From Gammaproteobacteria bacterium (lineage in GTDB: Bacteria; Pseudomonadota; Gammaproteobacteria; GCA-001735895): a stretch of 34,542 nucleotides of DNA. The translations under genes were made by a program, and so were the position numbers. Shown here in pieces: positions 1-10,187 of this stretch. A model generated the notes under the pieces. That model was not told the DNA's origin and made no database searches. It saw nothing but the letters and a program-made list of their open reading frames with translations. The stretch lies in NCBI GenBank assembly GCA_049666745.1, contig JBATHL010000470.1, positions 1-34,542 on the forward strand, given 5' to 3'. Every line of letters begins with the position of its first letter. Within the stretch, counting starts at the first letter, position 1.

Positions 1-185
1 CGTCTCTTTTGGCGAGATCAGATGCTGGAAGTCGATACATCAGCGGCGATTTTCGACCCATAAATATAAAACGCAATCTGTTACGGCACTCTATAAGTTG
101 GCCACTATGCTGATACTTAGCGTGATAAATAGAAATTGCTATGGAAGGTCTCTAATGATATTTTTGCTACATAAGCACCGTCAGA

Positions 186-596
186 GTGCTAGAAATACCG
201 AAGAGAGACAATAGAGTGACTAGTAAGTACACCAGTTCCGGGTTCATGGATGGCCGGACTTACATAATTGGCAGAGCCGGCCAAATTCGAATTCATGATT
301 CATCCGTCAGTAGATCGCACGCCAAGATTACATTCGTCGATGGCATGATCAGAATTCGAGACCTGTGCTCAACCAATGGCACCTTTGTCGAAAAGGGCGG
401 CAAGTTTGTTCCCTGCCACGAAGCGTACATAAGTCCAAATACACGCTTAAAAATAGGAGCAGGTGCCTATTCAGTAAAAGGCTTGCTTGCGGCCTCTGGA
501 ATTTACGCTATCTCACAAGACGATACCGACTTTACTATCATTCTTTCTAGACCAAGTAGAAAAACAAACCTGCGCCATATAAATTCGCAGATCTAA
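186..596 (+). CDS. FHA domain-containing protein (small, stand-alone)
   Basis: ORF 186..596 starts at GTG, with an alternative ATG at 246. The translation carries FHA hallmarks: IIGR, SVSRSHAKI and STNGTFV (G-R, S-x-x-H, N-G). It lies in AT-rich DNA with no obvious partner gene. Confidence 0.6.
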   Translation: MLEIPKRDNRVTSKYTSSGFMDGRTYIIGRAGQIRIHDSSVSRSHAKITFVDGMIRIRDLCSTNGTFVEKGGKFVPCHEAYISPNTRLKIGAGAYSVKGLLAASGIYAISQDDTDFTIILSRPSRKTNLRHINSQI

Positions 597-721
597 TTCT
601 GGATAAATCAACAGCTCCCAAAACACGGCTGGCATCCTATCTAAAATTTTTATTACCTATTAATAATTAATTGCAGGTAAATGACCTGATAACTGGGAGT
701 GTCCTTAGGTGGATGGTCAAT

Positions 722-1816
722 CTAGCCGGTTGTGTTCGAGCGCCAGCTCAGCGATTGGGGATGTTCGATTTCGGTTATCGAAGCGTCGGTTTCAACGACT
801 GCATCGTTTATCCATCCCGGATAGTTCGGGCCGGATTCCGCTAACGAACCACGCGCCTGGATTTGCCGGTTCGTTGATAATTGTCCGGGCGTGAGTAGCG
901 GGGCGTAACAGCAATCGACCGCGTCCAGCAACTGGTGCCAGTAATCCAGGGGATGCCGCGAAATGTATTCGGCGACCTCGGCGATCAACGCCTGTTGCGG
1001 CATGGATGCATACTGACGGGTTATCCATTGCGGTTGTTGCAGTGCGTCGCAGAAGTTTTTCCAGAACCCGGTTTCGATCGCACCGAGGCTGATGAATTGC
1101 CCGTCGGCGCATTGATAAATGTTGTAACAGGCAGCGCCGCCGTTAAGTATCGATGTAGCGCGCTCCTCCGCATAGGTCAATATAGGTAGATACTGCCAGC
1201 TCATAATCGATTCGGCGATGCTGATGTCGAGATAGATACTGCCGGGATTGTGTCCCCTGGCGTGCAGGGCGGCGAGCATGGCGACGCTCGCCTGCATCGC
1301 CGCGGCATGATCGGCGATCGGTGGGTAACCGATGATTGGCCTGTGCGCGCTGCCGCTGACGATCGACTGGGAGCTCAGCGCGTTATAGTTGATATCGTGG
1401 CCGGCGCGTAACGCGTAAGGTCCGTTCTGCCCGTAGCCTGACAGGGCACAATGAATCATTCCGGGGTTGATTTGATCGAGCTCATCACGACCGAAACCAA
1501 GGCGAGCCAGTACGCCGGGACGAAAGGACTCAAGCAATATATCGGCATCCTTTATCAGCTCGCGCAACAACTGTTTGTCCGTGGCGGATTTAAGGTCCAG
1601 CTTGCAGATGCGCTTGCCGCGATTGATGTGTCGATAAACAGGCGACAACTCGTCCGTATCACCGTGCATGAAAAATCGCATCGGGTCGCCGCCGGGCGGT
1701 TCAATTTTGATTACGTCAGCGCCGAGATCGGCAAGCTGGCGGGTGGCGAAAGGCCCGGGAATATACTGGGACAGATCTATTACGCGGACATTTTCAAGAA
1801 AACGATGTGCCTTCAT
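722..1816 (-). CDS. Family III CoA-transferase (CaiB/BaiF/AMACR-type)
   Basis: Track ORF 722..1927 trimmed to the ATG at 1816. MKAHRFLENVRVIDLSQYIPGPFATRQLADLGADVIKIEPPGGDPMR is the typical N-terminal region of family III CoA-transferases. The 37 upstream codons run into the preceding gene. Confidence 0.8.
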   Translation of the reverse strand: MKAHRFLENVRVIDLSQYIPGPFATRQLADLGADVIKIEPPGGDPMRFFMHGDTDELSPVYRHINRGKRICKLDLKSATDKQLLRELIKDADILLESFRPGVLARLGFGRDELDQINPGMIHCALSGYGQNGPYALRAGHDINYNALSSQSIVSGSAHRPIIGYPPIADHAAAMQASVAMLAALHARGHNPGSIYLDISIAESIMSWQYLPILTYAEERATSILNGGAACYNIYQCADGQFISLGAIETGFWKNFCDALQQPQWITRQYASMPQQALIAEVAEYISRHPLDYWHQLLDAVDCCYAPLLTPGQLSTNRQIQARGSLAESGPNYPGWINDAVVETDASITEIEHPQSLSWRSNTTG

Positions 1817-1836
1817 AGACTTGAGATTGCGACTGC

Positions 1837-3072
1837 CTATTCGTACTGGCGGATATCGTCGATGACCTTGCCGTCGTTCGGCAGACTGCCCACGGCGACA
1901 ATCTCGACCTCGCCTCGCAGCTTGCAAATCGACCTGATGCTGTCGGCGATGGCATCTGTCAGTGATGCATCGGCGCTGGCAGCTTCACATTGCAGGGTTA
2001 GCTGATCGGTTTGCTCGACCCAGTCTATGACCAGTCGCGCTTTCGAAATTTCAGCATGGCGTTTGACAACCCGGTCGACCTGTTCGGGGTGGATGAACAT
2101 GCCCCTTACCTTCGCGGTTTGATCGGCCCGGCCCATCCAGCCCTTGATGCGCTGGTTGCTGCGTCCGCAGGGACTACCACCCGGCAGGTAGGCCGACAAA
2201 TCGCCGGTGGCGAAACGGATCAGGGGATATTTCCGTCCCAGGTTGGTCACCACGACTTCACCGACTTCGCCTGCGTCGACCAGTTCACCGGTCCCGGGGC
2301 GAACAATTTCAAGGTATACGCCCTCGTCGATTATCAGGCCTTCCTGGGCGCTGGATTCGTACGCAATCAGACCGAGGTCGGCGGTGCCATAGCACTGTTG
2401 CACGCGTATCCCACGCTCGACAAAATCGGCCCGTAGTGGTGGCGGCAAAGCCTCGCCACTGACCATCGCCTTGTTGATCGAACTGACGTCACTGCCGAGT
2501 TCGTCGGCGCGTTCGAGAATGATTTTCAGGAAGGAGGGTGTGCCGGCGTATGCATTGGGGCCGAGGTCGGCAATCGTTTGCACCTGTAATTCGGTTTGCC
2601 CGACCCCCGCGGGAATCACCGCACAACCAAGCGCCTGTGCGGCGCTATCAAACATCTGGCCCGCAGGGGTGAAATGGTAACTGAAACAATTGTGCACCAG
2701 GTCGCCGGCACGAAAACCGCTGGCGTAGAGCGCGCGCGCGAAGCGCCAGAAGTCGGTGACATCAAATCCCGGTTCGTAAATCGGGCCGGGAGAGGCAAAT
2801 ACATGGGAATGCGGCGCCGTGTTGTTCGCGGTGTAACCGCCGAAGGGACGCTGCGCCTGCTGTAATTCGATCAGTTCCGATTTTCGGGTCAACGGCAAGG
2901 CACTGAATGACAGGGCATCGGTAATCTTGCCGGCATCGATATCCTGCAGTGTTCTGGCGTAAGCCGGGGTATTGATCTGTACGTGGACTATCTGCTCACG
3001 TATCGCCGCGAACTGTGCCGCGGTGCGCTCGTCGGCGCTGCGTGTTTCCAGGTTATCGTAGAATTCACTCAT
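1837..3072 (-). CDS. Phenylacetate-CoA ligase-like adenylate-forming enzyme (PaaK family)
   Basis: The 411-aa length and the sequence (SSGTTG-less PaaK-type; GYTANNTAP, YGTADLGLIAYE, GDLS, GRADQTAKVRGMFIHP) fit the short PaaK/F390-synthetase-like ligase family. ATG at 3072. Confidence 0.75.
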   Translation of the reverse strand: MSEFYDNLETRSADERTAAQFAAIREQIVHVQINTPAYARTLQDIDAGKITDALSFSALPLTRKSELIELQQAQRPFGGYTANNTAPHSHVFASPGPIYEPGFDVTDFWRFARALYASGFRAGDLVHNCFSYHFTPAGQMFDSAAQALGCAVIPAGVGQTELQVQTIADLGPNAYAGTPSFLKIILERADELGSDVSSINKAMVSGEALPPPLRADFVERGIRVQQCYGTADLGLIAYESSAQEGLIIDEGVYLEIVRPGTGELVDAGEVGEVVVTNLGRKYPLIRFATGDLSAYLPGGSPCGRSNQRIKGWMGRADQTAKVRGMFIHPEQVDRVVKRHAEISKARLVIDWVEQTDQLTLQCEAASADASLTDAIADSIRSICKLRGEVEIVAVGSLPNDGKVIDDIRQYE

Positions 3073-3098
3073 CTTTGGTTCCGGTTGTTCCAGGTCAT

Positions 3099-3168
3099 GT
3101 CATCCTCGCGCAAGCGGGGATCTCGTCAAGACGCCATGTTATAAGATTCCCGCTTGCGCGGGAATGAC
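3099..3168. repeat. REP-type element, inverted pair (gtcatcctcgcgcaagcggggatc / gattcccgcttgcgcgggaatgac)
   Basis: Two hairpin-forming units in inverted orientation, at 3099..3122 and 3145..3168, lie in the livF-like/paaK-like intergenic gap. The same family occurs at 11276, 11396, 31527 and 31838. Confidence 0.65.
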
Positions 3169-3193
3169 AAGATACGGGGGATGGTGTGACAGT

Positions 3194-4024
3194 TCAGGTC
3201 AGCCAGCGTTTGCGGCGGCGATAATGTTTTACCTCGCGGAAGTTGACCCGCTCGCCCTCGCTGATGCCGAGATAGAACTCCTTGACGTCAGTATTCTCAC
3301 GCAGCTCGCTGGCGCTGCCGTCGAGCACCACGCGACCGTTTTCGAGGATATAGCCATGGTTGGCATAACGCAGCGCAATATTGGTGTTTTGCTCGGCCAG
3401 CAGGAAGGTAACGCCCTCGTCCTGGTTGAGACGGGCGACATTTTCGAATATTTCTTCCACCAGTTGAGGGGCCAGGCCCATCGATGGTTCGTCGAGCAAT
3501 ATCATTTTGGGTCGTGACATCAGAGCGCGTCCGATGGCGATCATTTGCTGTTCGCCGCCCGAGGTGTATCCGGCCTGTGCGCGCCGGCGACTTTGCAGGC
3601 GCGGAAAATAACTGTAAACCAGTTCGAGGTCATGTTGAATCGCGGCGCCGCCATCGCGTCGCGTGTAGGCACCGGTGAGCAGATTTTCCTCGACGGTAAG
3701 ATGTTCGAAGCAGTGCCGGCCTTCCATTACCTGGATAACACCCCGCTTTACCAGTTCGGCAGAACTGAGCGTGTCGATACGGTTACCCTCGAATTCGATA
3801 CTGCCCTTGGTAATGTCGCCACGCTCGGCGCGCAGCAGGGTGGAAATCGCCTTCAACGTGGTGGACTTTCCCGCACCGTTAGCCCCGAGCAGGGCGACGA
3901 TGCCCTGCTCGGGAACTTCGAGCGATACGCCTTTCAACACCAGGATGACATGATCGTAAATGACTTCGATGTTATTAACCGACAACAAGATTTTGTTGTC
4001 GGTTAATGCGGCCGCTTCAGTCAC
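3194..4024 (-). CDS. LIV-type ABC transporter ATP-binding protein (LivF-like)
   Basis: Walker A GANGAGKST, signature SGGEQQM and Walker B ILLDEPSMGL. GTG start at 4024 preceded by an AAGAG-like RBS. The basic C-terminal extension is HYRRRKRWLT. Confidence 0.85.
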   Translation of the reverse strand: MTEAAALTDNKILLSVNNIEVIYDHVILVLKGVSLEVPEQGIVALLGANGAGKSTTLKAISTLLRAERGDITKGSIEFEGNRIDTLSSAELVKRGVIQVMEGRHCFEHLTVEENLLTGAYTRRDGGAAIQHDLELVYSYFPRLQSRRRAQAGYTSGGEQQMIAIGRALMSRPKMILLDEPSMGLAPQLVEEIFENVARLNQDEGVTFLLAEQNTNIALRYANHGYILENGRVVLDGSASELRENTDVKEFYLGISEGERVNFREVKHYRRRKRWLT

Positions 4025-4056
4025 GTCTCTTTATCCTGATGTTGCTTTGCTGCAGC

Positions 4057-5370
4057 CTAGTTACAGCTGCGTTCGGTGACGTTGTTTTCCGCCGCATACT
4101 GGGACGAATCCTCGGCAATCAGCGGGCCGGTGATGTCACGCAAGGGCTCGTAAAAGCCGCTGACCAGGCTCCATTTCTTGGCCTTAGCATCCCATTGCTG
4201 TAATGCCACCTGACCTGGGCCTTCGTGATTCTCACAGGTAACCTTGACCGGAATGGTAAAGTTAGCCAGGCCGAGTTCCTTCAGGCGTGCTTCGTCGACT
4301 TCGAGCGCCTCGAAACCGTCACGTACGTGTATGCCCTTGATTTCGTTGGTGCCGTGAATTTCCATCGCCTTGCGAATCGCCTCGGATGTCCACATCGCGG
4401 CCACCAGGCCCCGGTTGTAAAGCACTTCGCCGATGCGATCGCGGTCGCCCAGCCCCATGCCCTTGTCGTAGACGTGTTTCTTGATGTCGTCGTGGGCACC
4501 GAAGTTGTCACCAGGCTGGTGGAATGCACCTGACAGGTAACCGTCAGCGGCTGCGCCGGCTGGCAATACGTCGTTTTCAGAGCCTGACCACCAGACGCCG
4601 ATGAAATGATCCATCGGGTAGCGGATTGACGCCGCTTCCTTGATCGCGACCTGGTTCATGACGCCCCAGCCCCACATCATTACCCAGTCCGGTTTTTCGC
4701 GACGGATCTGCAGCCAGGTCGACTTTTGTTCCTGGCCCGGATGATCTACCGGTAGCGCCATGAATTCGAAACCGAATTTTTCTGCCGCTTTCTCCAGCGT
4801 GCGGATCGGTTCCTTGCCGTAAGCCGAGTTGTGGTAAACCAATGCGATCTTCTTGCCCTTCAGGTTTTCCATGCCACCTTCTTTTTCGCCGATGTACTGT
4901 ACGAACACGGTTGCCTGGCTCCAGTAGGTCGCCGGGAAGTTGAATACCCAGGGGAATATCTTGCCGTTGGCGGCGGAGGTACGACCGTAACCCATCGAGA
5001 AAATCGGAATTTCATCGACGCTGGCCTTGGGGATCAGCTGGTAGGTGATGCCGGTAGAAAGCGGCTGGAATACGAGTGCTCCCGATTGGCCTTCACCTTT
5101 CAGATTTTCGTAACATTCGACACCCTTCTTGGTGTTGTACCCGGTTTCACAGGGCAACAGGCTGATACGTGCGCCGTTGATGCCGCCATCGCGTTCGTTG
5201 AGCATGTTGAGGTAATCCCCGTAGCCGTTGGCGAAGGGAATGCCGTTCGGTGCATAGGGGCCGGTTCGATAATCAAGGGTCGGCATGACCAGCTCGTACG
5301 CGCTGGCGACACCGGAAATCAGTGGTACCGCCAACAGCGCGGCCACGATTGTTCTGGTTAATTTTCTCAT
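4057..5370 (-). CDS. ABC transporter periplasmic substrate-binding protein (Leu/Ile/Val-binding-protein fold family)
   Basis: Track ORF trimmed to the ATG at 5370, with a GGAGGA RBS at 5381..5386 on the minus strand. Signal peptide MRKLTRTIVAALLAVPLISGVASA. The position inside a livGHM-F set supports the call. Confidence 0.85.
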   Translation of the reverse strand: MRKLTRTIVAALLAVPLISGVASAYELVMPTLDYRTGPYAPNGIPFANGYGDYLNMLNERDGGINGARISLLPCETGYNTKKGVECYENLKGEGQSGALVFQPLSTGITYQLIPKASVDEIPIFSMGYGRTSAANGKIFPWVFNFPATYWSQATVFVQYIGEKEGGMENLKGKKIALVYHNSAYGKEPIRTLEKAAEKFGFEFMALPVDHPGQEQKSTWLQIRREKPDWVMMWGWGVMNQVAIKEAASIRYPMDHFIGVWWSGSENDVLPAGAAADGYLSGAFHQPGDNFGAHDDIKKHVYDKGMGLGDRDRIGEVLYNRGLVAAMWTSEAIRKAMEIHGTNEIKGIHVRDGFEALEVDEARLKELGLANFTIPVKVTCENHEGPGQVALQQWDAKAKKWSLVSGFYEPLRDITGPLIAEDSSQYAAENNVTERSCN

Positions 5371-5439
5371 TTTACTTACTTCCTCCGGTTGTATTGCGAA
5401 ACTACATTTTAAGTCATACGCCGTCAGCTGATCCACCCG

Positions 5440-6516
5440 TTAATAGGGGAATGGCCACAGGCGCATTTTTTCCTTGGCGATCCGCCACAGGCGTGCCAGC
5501 CCGTGCGGTTCGACAATCAGAAATCCAATAATCAGTACGCCGACGGTGATTATTTCAATATGCGCCGACAATGCGCTGTCAGTGCCAAAACCATCGACCA
5601 GTATGTTTTTCAGCATGATCGGCAGTATCACCAGGAATGCGGCGCCGAGAAACGAACCCAGCACCGAGCCCAGACCACCGATGATAATCATGAACAGCAC
5701 GAGGAAGGATTGATTAATATCAAACGCTTCCGTGGGTTCAGCGGATCCCAGCCAAACGGCAAAGTACAGTGCGCCGGCCATGCCGATGTAAAATGACGAT
5801 ACCGCAAATGCCGACAACTTGGCAATCAATGGGCGCACCCCGATCAGTTCGGCGGCAATATCCATGTCGCGGATCGCCATCCAGTTACGGCCGATGCGGC
5901 CACGCGCAATATTCTTCGCCACCAGCGCGAACACCGCGACGAAAGCGGCGACCAGGTAGTACTTGGCGACCCCGTTCGCTTCCGGGCCGGTCACTATGAC
6001 ACCGAATATTGTCATCGGCGGCGCGTTGATCATGCCCGACGCGCTGTAATTGAAAAACCAGCCGACCTTGTTGAACAACCAGATCAGGAAAAACTGCGCT
6101 GCCAGCGTGGCTACAGCCAGGTAAAACCCCTTGATGCGCAGCGATGGCAGGCCAAACAGCGTGCCGACCGCGGCGGTAATCAATCCCGATAGCAGCACCA
6201 TTGGGATGAATCCCAGTTCGGGAAATGCGACCATCAGTTTGTACACTGAAAATGCGCCGACCGCCATGAAGGCCCCGGTGCCAAGCGAAAGCTGGCCACA
6301 GTAGCCGGTTAAGATGTTCAGTCCGAGCGCCGCCAGCGAGTAAATCAGGAAGGGCAGCAGGATTGCGTTGAGCCAGTACTGGTTCAACAGATAGGGCACG
6401 ACGGCAAAGGTGATAAACAAGATCCCGAAAATGACGTAGCGATCCTGGTCGATCGAGAACAGTGCCTGGTCATCCTGGTAGTTCGCCTTGAACTGGCCGG
6501 TTTCTCGGTAAATCAT
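5440..6516 (-). CDS. LIV-type ABC transporter permease (LivM-like)
   Basis: 358-aa polytopic hydrophobic protein containing LNILTGYCGQLSLG, typical of LivM-family permeases. ATG at 6516, 3 nt after the upstream permease stop. Confidence 0.85.
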   Translation of the reverse strand: MIYRETGQFKANYQDDQALFSIDQDRYVIFGILFITFAVVPYLLNQYWLNAILLPFLIYSLAALGLNILTGYCGQLSLGTGAFMAVGAFSVYKLMVAFPELGFIPMVLLSGLITAAVGTLFGLPSLRIKGFYLAVATLAAQFFLIWLFNKVGWFFNYSASGMINAPPMTIFGVIVTGPEANGVAKYYLVAAFVAVFALVAKNIARGRIGRNWMAIRDMDIAAELIGVRPLIAKLSAFAVSSFYIGMAGALYFAVWLGSAEPTEAFDINQSFLVLFMIIIGGLGSVLGSFLGAAFLVILPIMLKNILVDGFGTDSALSAHIEIITVGVLIIGFLIVEPHGLARLWRIAKEKMRLWPFPY

Positions 6517-6519
6517 CTA

Positions 6520-7416
6520 TTACACCCGCTCTATAATCTTTTCGCCGAACAATCCCTGCGGGCGGAACAGTAAAAACACCAGTGCCAGCATGTAGGCAAA
6601 CCAGTTTTCGATCGCGCCACCGACAAATGGACCAACATAGACTTCTGCGACCTTTTCTCCGACACCGATAATCATGCCGCCGATGATGGCGCCCGGCACC
6701 GAGGTGAAGCCACCGAGTATCAATACCGGCAAAGCCTTGAGCGCAATCAGCGACAGTGAGAATTGAACGCCGGACTTGGAGCCCCACATGATGCCCGCGA
6801 CCAGCGCGACGATGCCGGCAACCGACCAGACGATAACCCAGATGGTATGTAATGAAATGCCGACCGACAGTGCCGCCTGATGGTCATCCGCCACCGCGCG
6901 CAGAGCGCGGCCGATGCGGGTCTTCTGGAAAAACACGGCCAGGAAGGCGACCATGATAGCGGCCGTAGCCGCGGCGAAAACTTCCAGTTTTTCGATATAG
7001 ATATCAAAGCTGTCCAGCATCCAGTCAGAGGCGCCCTGCGGGATGCCGAGATCGAGCAGCTTGACATCCGAACCCCACAGGATATCGCCCATGCCCTCGA
7101 GCACGTAGGCGAGCCCGATGGTCGCCATGAACAGGATGATCGGCTCCTGGTTGACCAGGTGGCGCAGCATGACACGTTCGATCAGCCAGGCCAGCACAAT
7201 CATCACCGCTATGGTGCCGATGATCGCCAGCCAGATAGGGAAACCGAATTTTTCCATCAGCCCGACCAGGGTCAGCGCGGCGAACAACGCCATCACGCCC
7301 TGGGCGAAATTGAATATGCCGGAGGCCTTGAAGATCAGCACGAATCCAAGCGCTACCAGCGAATACATGACCCCTGCCATCAGCCCGCTAAGAACTACTT
7401 CGATAAAAAAGGTCAT
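6520..7416 (-). CDS. LIV-type ABC transporter permease (LivH-like)
   Basis: 298-aa hydrophobic protein with LVALGFVLIFKASGIFNFAQG, the LivH-type N-terminal motif. Confidence 0.85.
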   Translation of the reverse strand: MTFFIEVVLSGLMAGVMYSLVALGFVLIFKASGIFNFAQGVMALFAALTLVGLMEKFGFPIWLAIIGTIAVMIVLAWLIERVMLRHLVNQEPIILFMATIGLAYVLEGMGDILWGSDVKLLDLGIPQGASDWMLDSFDIYIEKLEVFAAATAAIMVAFLAVFFQKTRIGRALRAVADDHQAALSVGISLHTIWVIVWSVAGIVALVAGIMWGSKSGVQFSLSLIALKALPVLILGGFTSVPGAIIGGMIIGVGEKVAEVYVGPFVGGAIENWFAYMLALVFLLFRPQGLFGEKIIERV

Positions 7417-7428
7417 GACCCTGTTGTC

Positions 7429-8217
7429 CTATTCATGCGGTACCCCGAGATAAGCGTCGATCACAGCCTGGTTGTTGCGAACCTCATCAGGTTCGCCGTC
7501 CGCGAGTTGCTTGCCGTAATCGAGTACCAGTACGCGGTCCGATAAATCCATGACCACGCCCATATCATGTTCGATCAGCGCGATCGTAGTACCGAATTCG
7601 GAATTGACGTCGAGCACGAAACGACACATGTCTTCCTTCTCTTCGCTGTTCATTCCGGCCATGGGTTCGTCGAGCAGCAGTAACTCCGGCTCCGCGGCGA
7701 GCGCGCGACCCAGTTCGACCCGTTTTTGCAGGCCGTAGGGTAGCTTACCGACCGGTTTCTTGCGAATCGCCTGGATGTCGAGAAAGTCGATGATTTTTTC
7801 CGCCGCCTCTCTATTTTCCAGTTCCTCGGCACGCGCCGGGCCGATATGCAGCGCCTGCCAGAAGAGGTTGGTTTTCATCTTCAGGTTACGCCCGGTCATG
7901 ATGTTGTCGAGCGTAGACATACCCTTGAACAGGGCAATGTTCTGAAATGTACGTGCGATACCGTGGCTCGCGGCGACATGCGGGGCCATCTGCTTGCGGG
8001 TTTCGCCCTTGAAAGTAATCGAACCTTGCTGCGGATGGTAAAAACCGTTGATGACATTGAGCATCGAGCTTTTGCCTGCACCATTGGGACCGATAATCGA
8101 ACGAATCTCACCCTGCCTGATATCAAAGCTGATGTTGTCCAGCACCTTCATCACGCCGAAAGAAAGGCTTATGTCTTCGACCTTGAGGATTTCCGCTCCG
8201 ATAGCGCGCTCATTCAT
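7429..8217 (-). CDS. LIV-type ABC transporter ATP-binding protein (LivG-like)
   Basis: Track ORF trimmed to the ATG at 8217 (MNERAIGAEILKVEDISLSFG). This makes an ATGA overlap with the stop of the upstream ligase gene. Walker A GPNGAGKSS and Walker B LLLLDEPMAGM. Confidence 0.85.
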   Translation of the reverse strand: MNERAIGAEILKVEDISLSFGVMKVLDNISFDIRQGEIRSIIGPNGAGKSSMLNVINGFYHPQQGSITFKGETRKQMAPHVAASHGIARTFQNIALFKGMSTLDNIMTGRNLKMKTNLFWQALHIGPARAEELENREAAEKIIDFLDIQAIRKKPVGKLPYGLQKRVELGRALAAEPELLLLDEPMAGMNSEEKEDMCRFVLDVNSEFGTTIALIEHDMGVVMDLSDRVLVLDYGKQLADGEPDEVRNNQAVIDAYLGVPHE

Positions 8218-10187
8218 GCCGCGGCTTCCTGGGTCACAGTTTTTACCGGGTAGGTGTCGGCGTCCCATATCTTGACGTCGGCCTCGAGCGTGCCGATGCG
8301 ACCGTCTTCGAAGCTTACCTCGGTCTTGACGTGGCATTCGCTTTGCTGCGAGTAGAGCGCATCGATCAGGTCATCGTAGCGCTCGCCGACAAAATTACGC
8401 CGCACCTTGCGCGTACGGGTCAGTTCGCCGTCATCGGCGTCGAGTTCCTTGTGCAGAATCAAAAAGCGCCGTACCTGTGAATTACCGAGTCGACTGTCCT
8501 GCGCCAGGTCCTGGTTCACCTTGTTGATGGATTCCTTGATTAACTGATAGATCTCGTCCTGCCCGGCGAGGTCAATGTAGCCCGAGTAGGCCATGTTGCG
8601 CCGTTCGGCCCAGTTACCGACCGCATCGAGGTCGATATTGATGAATGCGGTGCTGAAGTCGCGGTTGTTACCGAAGACCACGGCTTCCTTGACGAAGGCG
8701 AAGAACTTGAGCTTGTTTTCAATATACTTGGGTGCGAACAGAGTGCCGTCATTGAGCTTGCCGACATCCTTGGCGCGATCGATGATTTTCAAATGGCCAT
8801 TGTTGTCATCGAAAAAGCCGGCATCGCCGGTATGCACCCAGCCATCCTCGGTCTTGGTGCTCGCGGTAGATTCCGGGTTCTTGTAATAAGACTGGAATAC
8901 GCCGGGGCTGCGATACATGATTTCGCCATTGTCGTCGATCTTGATTTCGACATCGATGGCCGGGGTGCCAACGGTATCGGGATAGACTTCACCGTCGGGT
9001 TGCACGCAGATTAAAACCATGCATTCGGTTTGCCCGTAAAGTTGCTTGATATTGATACCGAGCGAGCGATAGAAGTCGAACAGTTCGGGGCCAATGGCTT
9101 CGCCGGCGGTATAGGCGAGCTTGATGCGTTTCAAACCGAGTACGTCTTTGAGCGGACCGTAGACGAGGACATTGCCGAGCTTGTAAAGCAGCGAATCCCT
9201 GAGCGATACGGGTTTGCCATCGAGAATCTTGACCCCGACCTTGCGTGCATGCTCCATGAAGTAGTGAAAGATATCGCGCTTGATACTGGCGGCATCCTCC
9301 ATGCGGATCATCACCTGGGTGAGCATATTTTCATAAACTCGCGGCGGCGCAAAATAATAAGTGGGCCCGATCTCGCGCAAGTCGTTGGCCACCGTGGTCG
9401 CGTCTTCCGGACAGCTGACACAAAATCCGGCGACGTAAGACTGCGCGTAAGAAAACAGGTTGTCCCCGACCCAGGCCATCGGCAGGTAGGCGAGCACTTC
9501 TTCATGTGAAGTCAGACCTTCTCGAATAACTCCGTTACGCGCGGTGATAATGACGTTGTCGTTGGACAGCACGACACCCTTGGGATGACCGGTGGTGCCC
9601 GAGGTATAAAGCATGATCGAAACGTCGGCACCGGCACCGGCGGCCACCTGTTGATCATAAAAATCGGGATGATCGTGATCAAATTCGACGCCGATCTGCT
9701 GAACCTTTTCGAAGTCATGCAGAAACGCGTGTTCGTAGTGGCGCAGGCCGCGCGTTTCATCGAAAATTACGTGTTCGACCCGGGGGCAACGATCACGCAC
9801 CTCGAGCATCTTGTCGACCTGTTCCTGGTCCTCGACCAGCGCCATCTTGACGTCGGCATTGTCGAGTACATAGGCCATTTCATCGGCCACCGCGTCCTGG
9901 TAAAGCGGCACCGGCACCGCTCCCAGGGCCTGGGCCGCGGTCATGCCCCAGTAAAGCCGGGGGCGGTTGTCGCCGATAATGGCGAGCTTGTCGCCACGCT
10001 GTAGTCCGAGGCTCGCCAGGCCACAGGCGAGGGCGCGAATTTCAGCCGCGGCTTCAGCCCAGGTCCAGGATTGCCAGATACCCAGGTCTTTCTCGCGGAT
10101 TGCATCCTGATCGGGACGCAGCTTCGCGTGACTGTGTAACAGCTTCGGAAAGGTGTCTAGCGTTGTGTCTTGATCCTTCTGGCTCAT
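8214..10187 (-). CDS. AMP-dependent acyl-CoA ligase (long-chain-fatty-acid-CoA ligase-like, about 657 aa)
   Basis: AMP-binding motif LYTSGTTGHPKGV, plus YGQTE and GWVHTGDAG. The track start at 10196 is a TTG, so the ATG at 10187 is used here. Neither start has a clear RBS. Confidence 0.85.
   Translation of the reverse strand: MSQKDQDTTLDTFPKLLHSHAKLRPDQDAIREKDLGIWQSWTWAEAAAEIRALACGLASLGLQRGDKLAIIGDNRPRLYWGMTAAQALGAVPVPLYQDAVADEMAYVLDNADVKMALVEDQEQVDKMLEVRDRCPRVEHVIFDETRGLRHYEHAFLHDFEKVQQIGVEFDHDHPDFYDQQVAAGAGADVSIMLYTSGTTGHPKGVVLSNDNVIITARNGVIREGLTSHEEVLAYLPMAWVGDNLFSYAQSYVAGFCVSCPEDATTVANDLREIGPTYYFAPPRVYENMLTQVMIRMEDAASIKRDIFHYFMEHARKVGVKILDGKPVSLRDSLLYKLGNVLVYGPLKDVLGLKRIKLAYTAGEAIGPELFDFYRSLGINIKQLYGQTECMVLICVQPDGEVYPDTVGTPAIDVEIKIDDNGEIMYRSPGVFQSYYKNPESTASTKTEDGWVHTGDAGFFDDNNGHLKIIDRAKDVGKLNDGTLFAPKYIENKLKFFAFVKEAVVFGNNRDFSTAFINIDLDAVGNWAERRNMAYSGYIDLAGQDEIYQLIKESINKVNQDLAQDSRLGNSQVRRFLILHKELDADDGELTRTRKVRRNFVGERYDDLIDALYSQQSECHVKTEVSFEDGRIGTLEADVKIWDADTYPVKTVTQEAAA

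Noticed and set aside
1-63. Open frame running into the window and stopping at TAA 61..63, a possible 3-prime end of a truncated gene.
   Set aside because: Only 20 codons are visible, with no identifiable motif, so a feature call cannot be supported.
1817-1927. N-terminal extensions of track ORFs (722..1927, 4057..5436, 7429..8337, 22925.., 23790.., 25757..).
   Set aside because: The extended parts overlap the preceding gene and are Arg-rich or non-homologous. Internal ATGs coincide with family-typical N-termini, RBS-like sequences or 4-nt coupling overlaps, so the trimmed starts were used.
6880-7545. Long antisense ORFs of over 200 aa opposite well-supported genes (6880..7545, 12160..12864, 14158..14862, 32449..33210, 33341..34087 and many shorter ones).
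   Set aside because: These are shadow ORFs typical of GC-biased coding regions. Their translations are low-complexity (H/D/R/G-rich) without family motifs, whereas the opposite-strand products carry clear signatures.
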